64,000 bases of DNA from Geosiphon pyriformis uo1 (Eukaryota > Fungi > Glomeromycota), in assembly GCA_016748015.1 (NCBI GenBank), contig JAAOMT010000128.1, positions 1,495,538 to 1,559,537 of the forward strand. Direction: 5' to 3'. The notes under the pieces are model-generated. The model did not search any database. It had not been told where the DNA came from and was given only the letters and a program-made list of their open reading frames with translations. The first letter of the stretch is position 1; each line of letters begins with the position of its first letter. This document shows, one piece after another, positions 50,230-62,900 of the stretch. Made by a program: the position numbers and the translations under genes.

Positions 50230-53200
50230 ATCACAATAAGAGCTTAAAATTATTGAAAAAATAGCTTTTTTTATTCTTTTTTTTTTATAGTTATTTCTTT
50301 TAATATATTACTTTTTGTTATAATGAAATTAATAAGCTCTTTTGTTAGTAGTTTTGGTTTTGGTTTAGTTGATTTAAAGATCTGCTTAGACACAAAAAAA
50401 AAAAAAAAACATGCTAAAAGCATTTATTTTTAAAACACATTTTACAAAAAATCTAGAAAGCCCAAATTGTCTAACATAGTTAAGGATATAATTAATATAT
50501 TTGCTAGTTTTATTAATACTGCTAAGATAAAGTTTAATAATGTTAAACAAAAAAGATTTTGAAATAATAAAGCAATCAACAAAATTAGCAATACTAATAA
50601 AACTTCAGATATAAAAAACATAAAAAATATAATAACTGAGGAAATTAGTTATATTAACTTAAATATTTCAAATATTGATAATAATATGAATAAAGCCATG
50701 CTAAGAAAAACATATACCAAAATATATATTATAAAATGTTCCCTAAAAGTTATTTTATTTAAGAATTTAAGTAATAGTAATAATATTCTAATATTTTATC
50801 TTCTAAGTTTATTGGTTAAAGTAATTATTACTAATTAAATTACATATTTTAGAAAAATAGAGCTTTAATTTAGTTAAATTTTTTATATTAAATATTGAAC
50901 TTTTTGCAATATCTAACAAAACTTTTGGTAATAAATTGATAACTGTAAAAAAATTTTTTTTTTATATTAATAGTTTTAAGGAGATGTTAACTTTTTCAAA
51001 ATTTTCAGATATTATTAAATCATTATTTATTTTTGAATTTAGTTTGAATAAGATTAGAAAAATGGCAATTGGCAAAAAAATTCTGGTTAATAACAATATC
51101 AAAAAAGTAAAAAACTATATAAATTAAGAAGTAATTGTCAAAGAAATTCCAATTGATTTTTTTAAATCAGCTGTAAACTCAGATTTCTCTAAATTTAACA
51201 AAATTATATCAATTAAAATACAGCTTATTAGTCTTTGACAAAAAGCCTTAATTGAATTTAAGTCTATTTAAATTGCCAATTTGTTTATAGTTGAGTGATT
51301 TGTTTTTATGGATAAAGATTTTGTTCATGTGACTAAGATTATTAAAGATAAACAAATATAAATATTTAGAAATTAGCATAAAATTTTGTTATATATACTG
51401 TTAACAAAAACAAGTATTTATAATTTTTCTAATCTAATAGTGTTTTATAATAGAAAAACTTGTTTTATTGGCTGTAATTTAAGTACTTATAAGTATAATA
51501 GATGTATTGTTATTTGTTTTAGTAATAAAACTTCAAAAAAAGCTGTTATTGGCTTTATTTCAGTTTTTAAGAGTGTTAATTTGTGTTGGACTAGTTTTTT
51601 TTGGTTTATTATACTTAGTGCAAACAATAAAGTTATGTTTTTAATATGTGCTTAACTAGTAAAAATTTAAATATCTATAATAAAAAACAAATTACTTTTT
51701 AGAATCAAGTATAATTAGTTAATATTTATAAGAAAAAGTAGACTCCAGTTGCCAAACCAGTTTTTTTTGGTAGTAAAACTTGGATACAAATTGCTAATAA
51801 CTTTATTTTTTATATAGTGTTTTTAGTTTTTCTTAGTATTGGTTTTTTTTGGATGTTAAATCTTTTTTATTAGTGTTTATAAATATAAATAATAAGTTTA
51901 CTACTTTTAAATATAGTTTTGTTAGCTTTGCAAAGCAAGTTAATAAGTTGGCTAAAAAATTGGGTACATTTGAACCAATAGTTTCTTAGTTTAATCTTAA
52001 ATGTCAGTCATTAATGATTTTTTTATTACAGAATCAAAGAGCAGATATAATAATAAGTAAGAGTTTGAATGCAGTCACTAGTAATAAGACTGTTATAAGA
52101 GCAGTATCTTCTAATTTTTTAGTTGTTGCTAAATTGAAAAATAGTTTAGACAGTTTGTTAAATATAGTGATGAATTTTTTAGCCAAAATAGATAATATTA
52201 ATTTAAGTATAGACAACTTATTTTACTAATAACTAAACTTATTTGGAAAGTTTCTGTGTACAATATTAGGAGTATAAACAATTTTGCTAAGCAAAAAAAC
52301 ATTATTTGTTGACACAAAAATATAAACAATTTAATTTTTATTGTTATTAAAATAAAGTTAAAGAGTAAAATACATTGTAAATTATTAATAAGTTTGATAA
52401 TATTTGAGTGTTTATCTTTGATTACTTGGATTCTGGTGTTGTAATTATTATAAATATTGTACTGACCAAACATGTGTGCAAAGTTTCTAAAATTGCTGGC
52501 TAATACTAAGTTTATTGCCAAAACTGATAAAATTAAATACCAAGCTAAAATAATTTCTTACTTAATAACTAATATATTTGTTGATAATATAATTTGGATA
52601 AAAAATAATTAAGCTATTACTCAGTATATTTTGAATATTATGAACAAGTTTTTTAGTATTAATAATATTTTAATAAACAATAAAAAAATAATATTTATTC
52701 CTATTAATTAGAGAATTAAGAATGTTTTATTGTTAATAAGTAGTCTGCTTATTTCTATTACACAAAAAAGGAAGCTTTATATGTATTTGAATATTTTTTT
52801 GTCTTTTGAAAGTTTGTTCAGATCTAGTTTGGTAAAGGTCTATTTAAATATTAAGTTTTTGCTAATTTGGTTTTAAAAAAAATTATTTTAAACAAGCAGT
52901 TTTTTATTTGGTCTTGATTATACTACAACTTATTGTTGATTATAAAACCCAGTTTAGTTTTATTTCTAAAAATATATATACCAAATAAAACATGTTAATT
53001 AGAATTTAAAGACAAAAACTGGCTTATTGAAAGATTTTTTTAGTAAGACTCTCTATTATTTATTTTTGTATAACTTAAAAACATTTGAGCAAATATAGAT
53101 AAAAAGTAAAGTAGTTTTTGTATTGAGCTTTTTAAATACTAATAGCATTCTTAGTCACTTGTTTAATCATAAAATTTTGGATTTGCAAATATTAAGTTGG

Positions 53201-55085
53201 TTTTTTAATCATTTGTTATAGTATCTTGTTAAGTTAAAGATCAATCTGATTAATAATTTTTTGGCTAGTATAATAAAAATTTTTTTGGATTATAATTTCT
53301 CTTTTGTAAATAATCTATTCTTAGTATTTTGCTTTTCTGATAGCATTCTGATATTATCTGTTTTAGAAGTTCTGGTTTTTTATAATGTTTTCTATTTATT
53401 TATGAAATTTGGTATTTTTTTTGTTAAATAACTATATAATAAAAAAAGAATAGTTTTTGAATAAAAAAGTTTTTGTTATTCAAAAAAACTTGATCTTAAG
53501 GGTTTAATTTCTGTTTGGTTCAATTTGGCATGTGATTATTTAATTAATAATGTTTTTTATTATACTTATTAGCTATTGATTAATAGTTTATAACTGTTAG
53601 ATGTTTTTAGTTTTAATAATTTTACTGCAGTAAGAAAATGTCTTTTTAGTGCCAATTGAAATATTATCAATATTTACATAGATGTGTTTTTAAAGAATTT
53701 TGGTACACAAAACATAAAATATGACACAGCTGTGTTTTTTGCTAACTTGGATTTGAATATAAATATTAAAATTGGTGGCTTAGTTTTCTTTATTTTAGTT
53801 AAATTACAAATAATTGTTTTTGTTTTAAGATGTGTTTTTGCTTTTAATGCAGTTGTAATGTATTTAGATAGTCAAACTGCTTTGAACATTTGTATTGTAA
53901 AATTAAATATGGTTTTGTCAGATTATTGTAACTGTTGTTAATTTGAAAAATGCTGTATTACAAACTTTATTAAAAGTAAGAATCTTAAAATTTCTTAATC
54001 TAAAGTTAAGAGCCATTTGGGTATCTTGGATAATGAATATGCTAATAAGCTGATGGATTTAGCTTTGTATTTGAATTTGGTATTTTTTGTTTTTGTTAAG
54101 AACAGATATATCAAGACTAATAAAGTGGCAGTATTTAAAATACTTGTTATTTGTTCATAATATTTTTAAGACTGTCTGTTATATTTATTAAGAAGTTGAA
54201 TTTGAGTTTAGTATTGTTAATAAAAATATGATTAAAAACATAAATTGGGTTTGGATGTCATTAGTATAACATCTTAATTTGTATATAGTCTCTGGTTTTA
54301 TGAGTAAATTTATTACTGGTTTATGTTTATATTATATAAAAGCTTTGTATAGTTATTTGTCTATTACTATTTATAAATGCTTATATAATAGAAAATATCA
54401 TAATGTATTATGTTTCTATTGCAAAAAAATAAAGCTTTCTGATTACTCTTTTACATATAATATGAATTTTGCTGTACATAAAAAGTTGTTTAAATTGTAG
54501 TTGGTTTAGTGAAATTTTATATTAAGCTTTAACTTATTAATATTTTGTATTTGTAAATACTTTTTTTATGTGTATCTGATAGTATTATTTATATTGCTTT
54601 ATATAAAAATTTTGTGTTTAAAAATTGGTATTTGAAAACTGTGTCTGTTTTTAGTTATGCTAGAACTGCAGTTGAAAAAATTGTTAACTTTATATAAAAA
54701 TTAATAATAACTTATTATGTTAAAATATGGTTGGTAAGATCTAAGTATAGAACAATTATAGAAAAAAATAGTTTGATTATATGTAATAGGTTTGTGTCTT
54801 TAATAATCTGTGGTTTATTATATTTATTCTCTTATAATATTATTAAATTGCTTGAAATTATGAAAACATATAGTATTAATTTTGGTTTTTGTAAGCTTTG
54901 TATTTTATTTCTGATATTAATAATAAAATTTTTGTTAAAATAGGTTTATAGTATTGTTTTGATTGGCTTAAATGGCTGGTTACATATAGAAAGTATATAA
55001 TTTATACCTAGTTTAGATTATTTAATTTGATGTATTTTGCTAAATAATATTTAGATTTTACTTATAAAATAAAATAAAATAAAAA
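50230..55085 (+). mobile_element. Heavily eroded LINE with ~2-kb internal deletion of most of APE and RT
   Basis: ORF1 remnant, ORF2 start (LIWKVSVYNIRSIN) at ~52230, jump at ~52505-52560 to IFVDNIIW, RNase H remnants, family 3'UTR. Confidence 0.8.
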
Positions 55086-55987
55086 TTTTATTTAAAATAA
55101 TTTAAAGTATTTATAAAATATTCTTAAATTTGTTAATTAAAAAAATTCTTGATTGCAAAAAATATGATTAAAATTTGAATTAATTAAGTATATTTTTTAA
55201 AGATATGCTTATTTATTATAAACAATTTTTAAAATTATATATTGTTTAAAAATTTTCTGTTATAATAATATTAAAATTATTTTTGGTATAATGTTTATAC
55301 TTAATATTTGTAAAATTAATCTTTTTTATTTGAATTTAAGTTGTTAAGCAGTATTACTCATAAAAAAAACAGATATAAAAAATAATAGACCAATAAAGAA
55401 GTAGTAGTTAGCATATGAGCACATTGTTTAGCAATGTGAAGCAATATCAGAAATTACAGCATATTGCTCAAAAAATCATAGCATATTGCTCAAAAATGTG
55501 AGCAATCTCATAGAACATAAATTTATGTATATATAGCAATAGTATCAGAAGCTAGAAAATTAGTTAATTAGACTTAAAGTCAAGAAAACTGAGAGTTAGT
55601 AGGACTTTCAGAGTCAATTAGATTTGCAGGTTATAATTATTAAATACCTTTTTTTCAAAAGATAGAATATTATAACTTGAAGTGAAATCACTCTCATATT
55701 AATGAAATTATCAATTATCCTTAAATTCATGTTATTATCTACTACTTAATCTGCTGGCACAATAGTTCTTAATTATGGCTATTAATAAAATACTAATTTT
55801 TTATTTTCTTTTTATTTTCTTTTATTTTCTTTTGTTTGTTGATTTATTACTGATTAAAGAGATTAAGCACTAAGTTATTGATGTCAAGAATAGTCTGGTA
55901 AAAGACCCTCAAAAAAAGATATAAAGTTTGATAATTTAAGAATAGCTTACCAAAAAAGCATCTCTGCCAAATTACTGGCCATCATGC

Positions 55988-56775
55988 TGTTATGGGATGG
56001 TTTTCTTGTTATATTTAATTGCTGATATCCCGCTTTAATTGCAATCAGTTTTTCGTGAGTTTCTCAATTCTATTTGTGTGATAATGTCACTGTTACACTG
56101 AAGGCTTTCTTTTTACTGTTGTGATGTAAGTTATTCTTTAATTCTTGATTGTTGTGTGTGTTTATGTACTCCTTCTCAGAGGCTGAACTGAAATCTACCC
56201 ACTGTCTGGGGTCTTCTCTGAGGCTATCCTTGCAATTGCCTGATGTGTTTTTCTAATCTAGAAACACAGAATGTTAATGGTCTTTAGTGCTTTTCTAATT
56301 CTCACAATAAAGCTTTTATCAATTAGTAACAACGTGAATAATCTTGATCAAAGATTANNNNNNNNNNNNNNNNNNNNGTTTTAAATATTTCTTTTTGATT
56401 TTTAAAGGTTTCTTGGGATATTTAATTTGAAAGTATGATTTAAAGTGGAGTTTGTTAGATAAAATTGGATCTATTGCTTGATAAGTTATGATTTTTATTA
56501 CTTGATTTATTCTTTCCCAATATTAAAACTACTGTATATATACATGTTTGTAGTTCTACGAGAAAATACTTTCTTTTTGATATTTCAACTTGGTGCTTGC
56601 TGCTATCACCAGTTGGTGTTGGCTGCTATTGTGAACTGGTGCTTGCCACTATCGCGAAATGGTGTTTGCTACTATGTTAATCATTACCTTTCTAAGATTA
56701 TTACTGTGCTATATTATGATTGAATAGTTTGTATTATTTTTATGATTCTTTTTGCTAAATTCTTAAACCGTAACA
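55988..56775 (-). repeat. LTR of a different family, 4-bp TSD ATGC, spanning a 20-N assembly gap
   Basis: Termini TGTTATGG / CCGTAACA; ATGC at 55984-55987 and 56776-56779; ~23-bp tandem repeats at ~56591-56675. Confidence 0.85.
56358..56377. other. Assembly gap (20 N)
   Basis: Run of N. Confidence 1.
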
Positions 56776-56999
56776 ATGCTAAGAAAAAAATTGGATGGAA
56801 TTGTGATTCTGAGAGACTACTGAAAACAACTATTGAATCTTTGTTCATTATACAAAGGATTTAACCAAAATCTTCAGATAACCAAAATCTTCAGATCATG
56901 AAAATCTTTAGAAACCAACATCATTATATCAATTGAGCACTAAATTACAGGTTTGTTATTTGCTTTGAAACCCCAAATAATCATTTATAACAACAGTTT

Positions 57000-59900
57000 A
57001 GTATTATAAATTATTAAATTCTAGTATTTATCAACTTTAAGTAATTATTTATATTTAATAAAAAAGCAGTTTTTTAATTAAATTGTTGTTTTTTTGTTAA
57101 TTTTTTAATACAAATTTTTTAAAAATATTATATTTATTTTTTTAATTATATTTATATATAATTAAATATAAAACTATAATATAAATAATATTACATATTA
57201 GAAATAAGTTAATTTAGTAAAAAAAATATATTAATTTAACAATTCTTAAAATATATTAATAATTATAATTTTTTATTTTTTATTAATTTGGTATTTTTAT
57301 TATAATAATATGTTTTAATTTATCTTTAATAAAATACTTTTTATATTTTTAAATAAAATTTTACAAGTTTTAAATTGTAAATTATTTTATAACTATTAAT
57401 AAATATTATATAAATTATTTAAAAAATTATAATTTATAAAACATATTTTTTTCAATTAAAACTTTAATAAATATAATTCAATTATTATTTAATATACATA
57501 AATAAATTAAATATTTAAAATTAAACATAATTTACATATTTTTTTTACATATAATTAGTTATTTGAATTGATTAAAATTATATTATATACTTATATAAAC
57601 ACTAATATTATTATTTAAATCTAAACAAATACTTACTATATAATTTAAAACTTATTATAAAGACTTTATTAATTTTTAATATGTTAACTACTTTATTTAA
57701 CAAATTAATAAACAAGTCTTAAAAATTATAAAAAACAAATTTATTATTATTAACTAGACTACTTTTTTTATTCTGTATTTATATTTATATAACTATATAT
57801 TTTTTTTATAATTTAATACTATTTATTATATAATTATAATTAAATACAAAATAGCCAGTTTAATATTTTTAAAAACAATTATTGTTTTAATAAATTATAT
57901 CTAAACACAAAATTTTGTAAAAAACAGTATATAAAATATTATTAAATAAATAAAAATCTTAATATTAAAAATAATAATAGTAATATATACAAATAAATTT
58001 TAAAAATTAGTCAAATTTAACAATATTTTTATGTATGTTTTAATATTTAAATTATAAATAAAAGCATGATCTAAAATTTTTACTTTCTTATAATAAAAAC
58101 ATATAACTTAAAGTATTATTTATTATAAAATTATTTTTAAAAAGTTATAAGTAATTGTTTATAAATTAATTTTATTAAATAAATATACAAATCAATTATA
58201 ATTTTGTTAATATATTTAGAATACATATAAAAATTAACAAAAATACAAGTTTAATTAATATTTATGTTTTTAAAAATTATATTAGTTTTTTATTAAGCAT
58301 AAAAAATTGATTAATAAATATTATAAACAAAATAATAAATATTACCAAAAATAGCAATATTATTTGTTTAAAAAAACTTTTTATTAATTAAGAAAAAAAT
58401 ATATAAAAATAAATAAACAGATTAATTTTTTAATATATTAATAATATTAAAGTAGCTTTTTATTATAAATTAAATTAATAATTTGTTTTTTTTATTTAAT
58501 AATAATTATAAAGATTAAACCAAATTCTAAAATACAAGTATTTAGAACTGTTTAATTATTAGAAAAAATTTCTATTATATAAAAAACTAAAATACACTTA
58601 AAAACCAAAAAAATAGCCTATAATTTAATTATAATTAACAATACCAAATCTAAAATATATATATTAATATTCAAATTTAAATTTTTAAAAACTTTTATAA
58701 TAAATAAATCTGCTTTTTCTAAATATTTATTAACTATGAAAAAACAATTTGAATTATAAATATTTTGGTAAATAAATTTATAAGTAACAAATAATATGAT
58801 TAAGTTTAATTAAAATATCTTTTAATTAAAAATTTTATTATGTTTATTAATAAATTAATTAATAAAACTATATTAAATCTTCTTAAAAAACTAAAAACAT
58901 TATAATATAATTTAATACTTATAATATTTAATATAAAAATATTATCTATTAAATAAAAATTTATAACAAAAAGTTTGTTAAAATAGTAATTAAATAATTT
59001 GTTAACAATATTTAAAGTATTAAAAATGCCAATAATAATATTATTTTATTTTTAACTTAAATTTGCTCAAAAAATTTTAGATTATACAAAAATAATAATA
59101 TAAAGCTTTATTTAAAAAGTTTTTTAAAAGATTAGTTTTAGATTTTAAGCACTTTTGAATTAATATATCTTATTTTTAACACATATTTTTAAAAACAAAA
59201 CTGAATTAAAATCTGTAACTAATAATTAACTATAATATAATAGAAATTAAATATAAAAATTGTTTATTTAAAATTGTTTTTTTAAAACTATATTAACAAA
59301 AAACTTAACATTAAAATAAATTTTAGTTAAATTAAACTTGAAAATTTTATTAATTAATAAGTATATATTAAAATACTTATAAAATTTTTTTTTAGCAATT
59401 GTAATTAATAAATTATTAATAAACAAAAAAGTATTAGAAATTTATTTGTTAATAAAAATAGGCATAGTTTTGTTAATATTAATTAAAATATTATTAATTT
59501 TAAAAAATTCATTAATAATATTAAAAATAAATTAAGCTGAGAGCAAGTTGGCTTCTGTTATTGCTTTTGCAAATTTGGTTGGTGTTTTGAGTCGCTTGTT
59601 TTCTTATAGGTCTTACAATCTCTAGGTTTTTAGCTGGCATCCTTATCACCTTTTGTTGTTTCCTGTTCATGTTAGAGTCAGCCCTTCAAACAACTTTTTG
59701 GCAGGTGTGGTTTGTATTTTTTCTGGATGTGATTTATCATTGGGTGGCTCTCTGGCTGGTGCTTTTTGTCTTTGGTGTGGTACTCCTATGTTTCTGATAC
59801 TTGGTGAGACAATTTTCTTTAAATGTGTCTCCTCCCTCAGGTGTTATGGTATTGCTTTTATAGAACAGCTCTGTGACCGGAATGGCATTGTTTTTGATTG

Positions 59901-62900
59901 GAAGACTTTCAAGCGTTGAAAAAGACTGGATTTCCATGACCCGGTCCCCTTTTGGTTTGATCTCTCTGTACATTTTCTTGGTGGTGTAGCTTCTTTTTCT
60001 GGTTGTTCCCCTCATGAGAGTGTTGGTGGTTCTTCTGACATCCGTCAGTCTCTTGGTTTTGGTGTTATTTGTAATGATCTGTTGAGTGCAGGTGCCGCCC
60101 ACTTCTCTGTGTACACAAATGGGTCTTTGAGTAATTTGGACACTGTTGACATATTGGCTGGTGCTGCAGTTTTCTTTGAGAACATTGATTCAGGTCTGGG
60201 TGTGGGGGTTTCTGGTTTGGTTTCTTCTACTTTGGCAGAGTTGCAGGTTATTGCTTTGGCTCTTAAGTGTGTTCCTTTTTTTCATTCAGTTGACTTGTTT
60301 TCAGACAGCCAGGCAGCTATCAATGCTTGCAAGTCGGAGTCTTTATCGGTTGGTCCTGATTTCAGGAATTGTTGTTGGATTGAGCATTGTCACATCACCA
60401 ATATCATTCGTCACAAAAATTTGGATGTTAATTGGATTAAAGTCAAGAGCCATTCAGGTGTTTCAGGCAATGAGCATGCTAATGCACTAGCTAAAAATGC
60501 TGCCCTTTCTGCCTGGCACCTGCCCTACTTGGTCGGTAAGAGGTTTTTGAAGGCTGGTGTTGATACAGTTTCTGGTAATTCAAGGCATTTTGTTCATGAC
60601 ATATTTAGGTCAATTCATTACATGCATTGGGAGGTTGGTTTTGGTTCCCAGGTTGTTCTAGATTGTTTGCGTGCTGATATTGACTGGTTGAAGTCCTCTC
60701 TGGTGTGGCACCCAGATTCCCACATGGTGACTGGTTTTACTAGTATTTGGATGGCTGGCTTTCATACATATTTCATAAAAGCCCTTTATCATCACCTTCC
60801 TGTTGCTATGCGAAAGCGTCTGTATAATAGGGGTTATCCCAGTGTGGTTTGTTTGTTCTGTGGTGAGGTTGAAGTCTCAGACCATGTTTTTTCTTGCTCT
60901 TCTAACACTGATAGTTGTGCTAATTTGTTGGACACTTATGCAGCTGCCTGGAAAGTGCGTTCTGGCTTGTTCTGTTCTTCTTCGTGCATATTATAGTTGT
61001 TGTCGACTTGTATTTCAGATGTGACTGTCAGTATGGCCCTGTGTAAGGGTTTTGTTTTCAGCAATTGGTATTGCGAGTCTGTTTCTGTTTACAAGGATCC
61101 TAAGGTGACAGTGGTCAATGTTGTGAATTTTGTATTGAAATTTTGTCTTGTATTTCATGATAATATCTGACTGGTCCATGTAAAACACTGGGTCATTATA
61201 GAAAGGAATAAGTTGATTCCACATCATAATTCTATTCCTGTCACTATTTCTGGTTTTTCTGCACAGCTTTTGGCTGGGGTGATTAGGTTGTTGGGTGTTG
61301 CTGATGCACTCAGCATTAGTTTTGGGTATCATAAGTGTTGTTTGTTTTATGTAGGTGTTGGTGACATGGCTTCAGTTCATATAAGTACATAGTGTTGTTT
61401 TGACTAGTCTGAGTGTCTGGTCACGTGTAGCAAAGGCATAATTCGCACCTAGTTTAGATCATTTATATGATGTATAGCATTAGGTGGCATTTGGACTTCA
61501 CTCATTAAATTTTAATAAAAAAAAAAAAAAAATTAAGTAATAATATAACTGTTTTTAATTTAAATAATATTAATATAATATTTACAAAAATATTTATACT
61601 TTTTAACTTTACATAACAATAGATTATAAAAAATTTATTATAACAAAAAAAAATTGTTTTAATTTAAATTATTATGAACTTTATAATTATTTATTAGTCT
61701 TAAATTAGTCATAATTTGATTAAATTTGTTATTGTAAATATTATTAATAAACTTGATAAATCTTTTATAAATTGTTTTAAAAATCGAATTAATTAACTAA
61801 ATTATATGTTTTATATATGTTTATAAAATTAGTTACAGTTTATAATTTTTTTTAAGATATTTTTCATGATTAATCTTATAATAAAAACTGGTAAAAATAT
61901 TAATATATTTTTTAATATTAAAAAATTATTTTCTAAAAACATGTTAAACTTGTTATATATAACTAAGATATAATTAAACAAAATTTTAAACAAAATTTTT
62001 CTGGTTGTTTTAATAAGAATAATTAAATAAATATTAATTAATATTTTTTTTAATCAAAAATTTTTAAAATTTTTAATATTTAGGCTCTTTTTTATTAAGC
62101 AAAAACAGATTTTAAAACTAGACAAAAATTTAATAAATTTAAAAACATATTAACAATTTACTTATTACAGTATTTTTATAACTTGTTTAAAATACTTAAT
62201 AAGTCTGTTATTTTATTATTAGAAAAATTTCTAATTATGTTCAAAAATTTATTCTATTTAATTTTATTTATAATTTTAATAAAAGTATTATTATTAATAT
62301 AATTAAAAAAACCATAATAATACTATTAAAAATAAAAATATTTATTAGAAATAATGTATTTTTTGGTTTAATTTCTATACAATAAAATTAACAAATAATA
62401 TAATATTATTTAAATTTAAAATAAGTTTATTGTTTATAACTAAGTAATTTAAATCTATTTTATAAAAAAAATATTTTAATATTGCAAATTATATAGTTTT
62501 TATTATTAATAAAGTTTTTTATATGTTTTTTATAATTGTATTAATTTTATTTAACTTAATTTTATAAGATTTAAAAAGTTTTAAATAATACTAACTTAAT
62601 AATATTAAATTTAAAATTATTATATATTAAAGCACTAATTACAGATATTTTTAAAGAGTTTTTAATTATTTATGCACTTATAAAATAATTAAAAACACTC
62701 AAATATAAAACAGATAATTTAAAATTTTAATAACTAAAAGTTTTATACATGATAATTCATTATATCAAAATTTAAAAAACATTTATAATGTTTTTAAAAT
62801 AATTTTACATGATATTTAAATTTTTAATTAATTTTAAATTTACAAAAGCTTTAAATATAAGTATAATCTAAAACAATTTTTTTTTTAAACTTAAATTATC

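Larger units (their letters stand above)
55352..56992 (+). repeat. Solo LTR related to the A/B family (TSD GCAG/ACAG), interrupted by another LTR
   Basis: TATTACTCATA...TTATAACA; flanks at 55348-55351 and 56993-56996. Confidence 0.85.
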
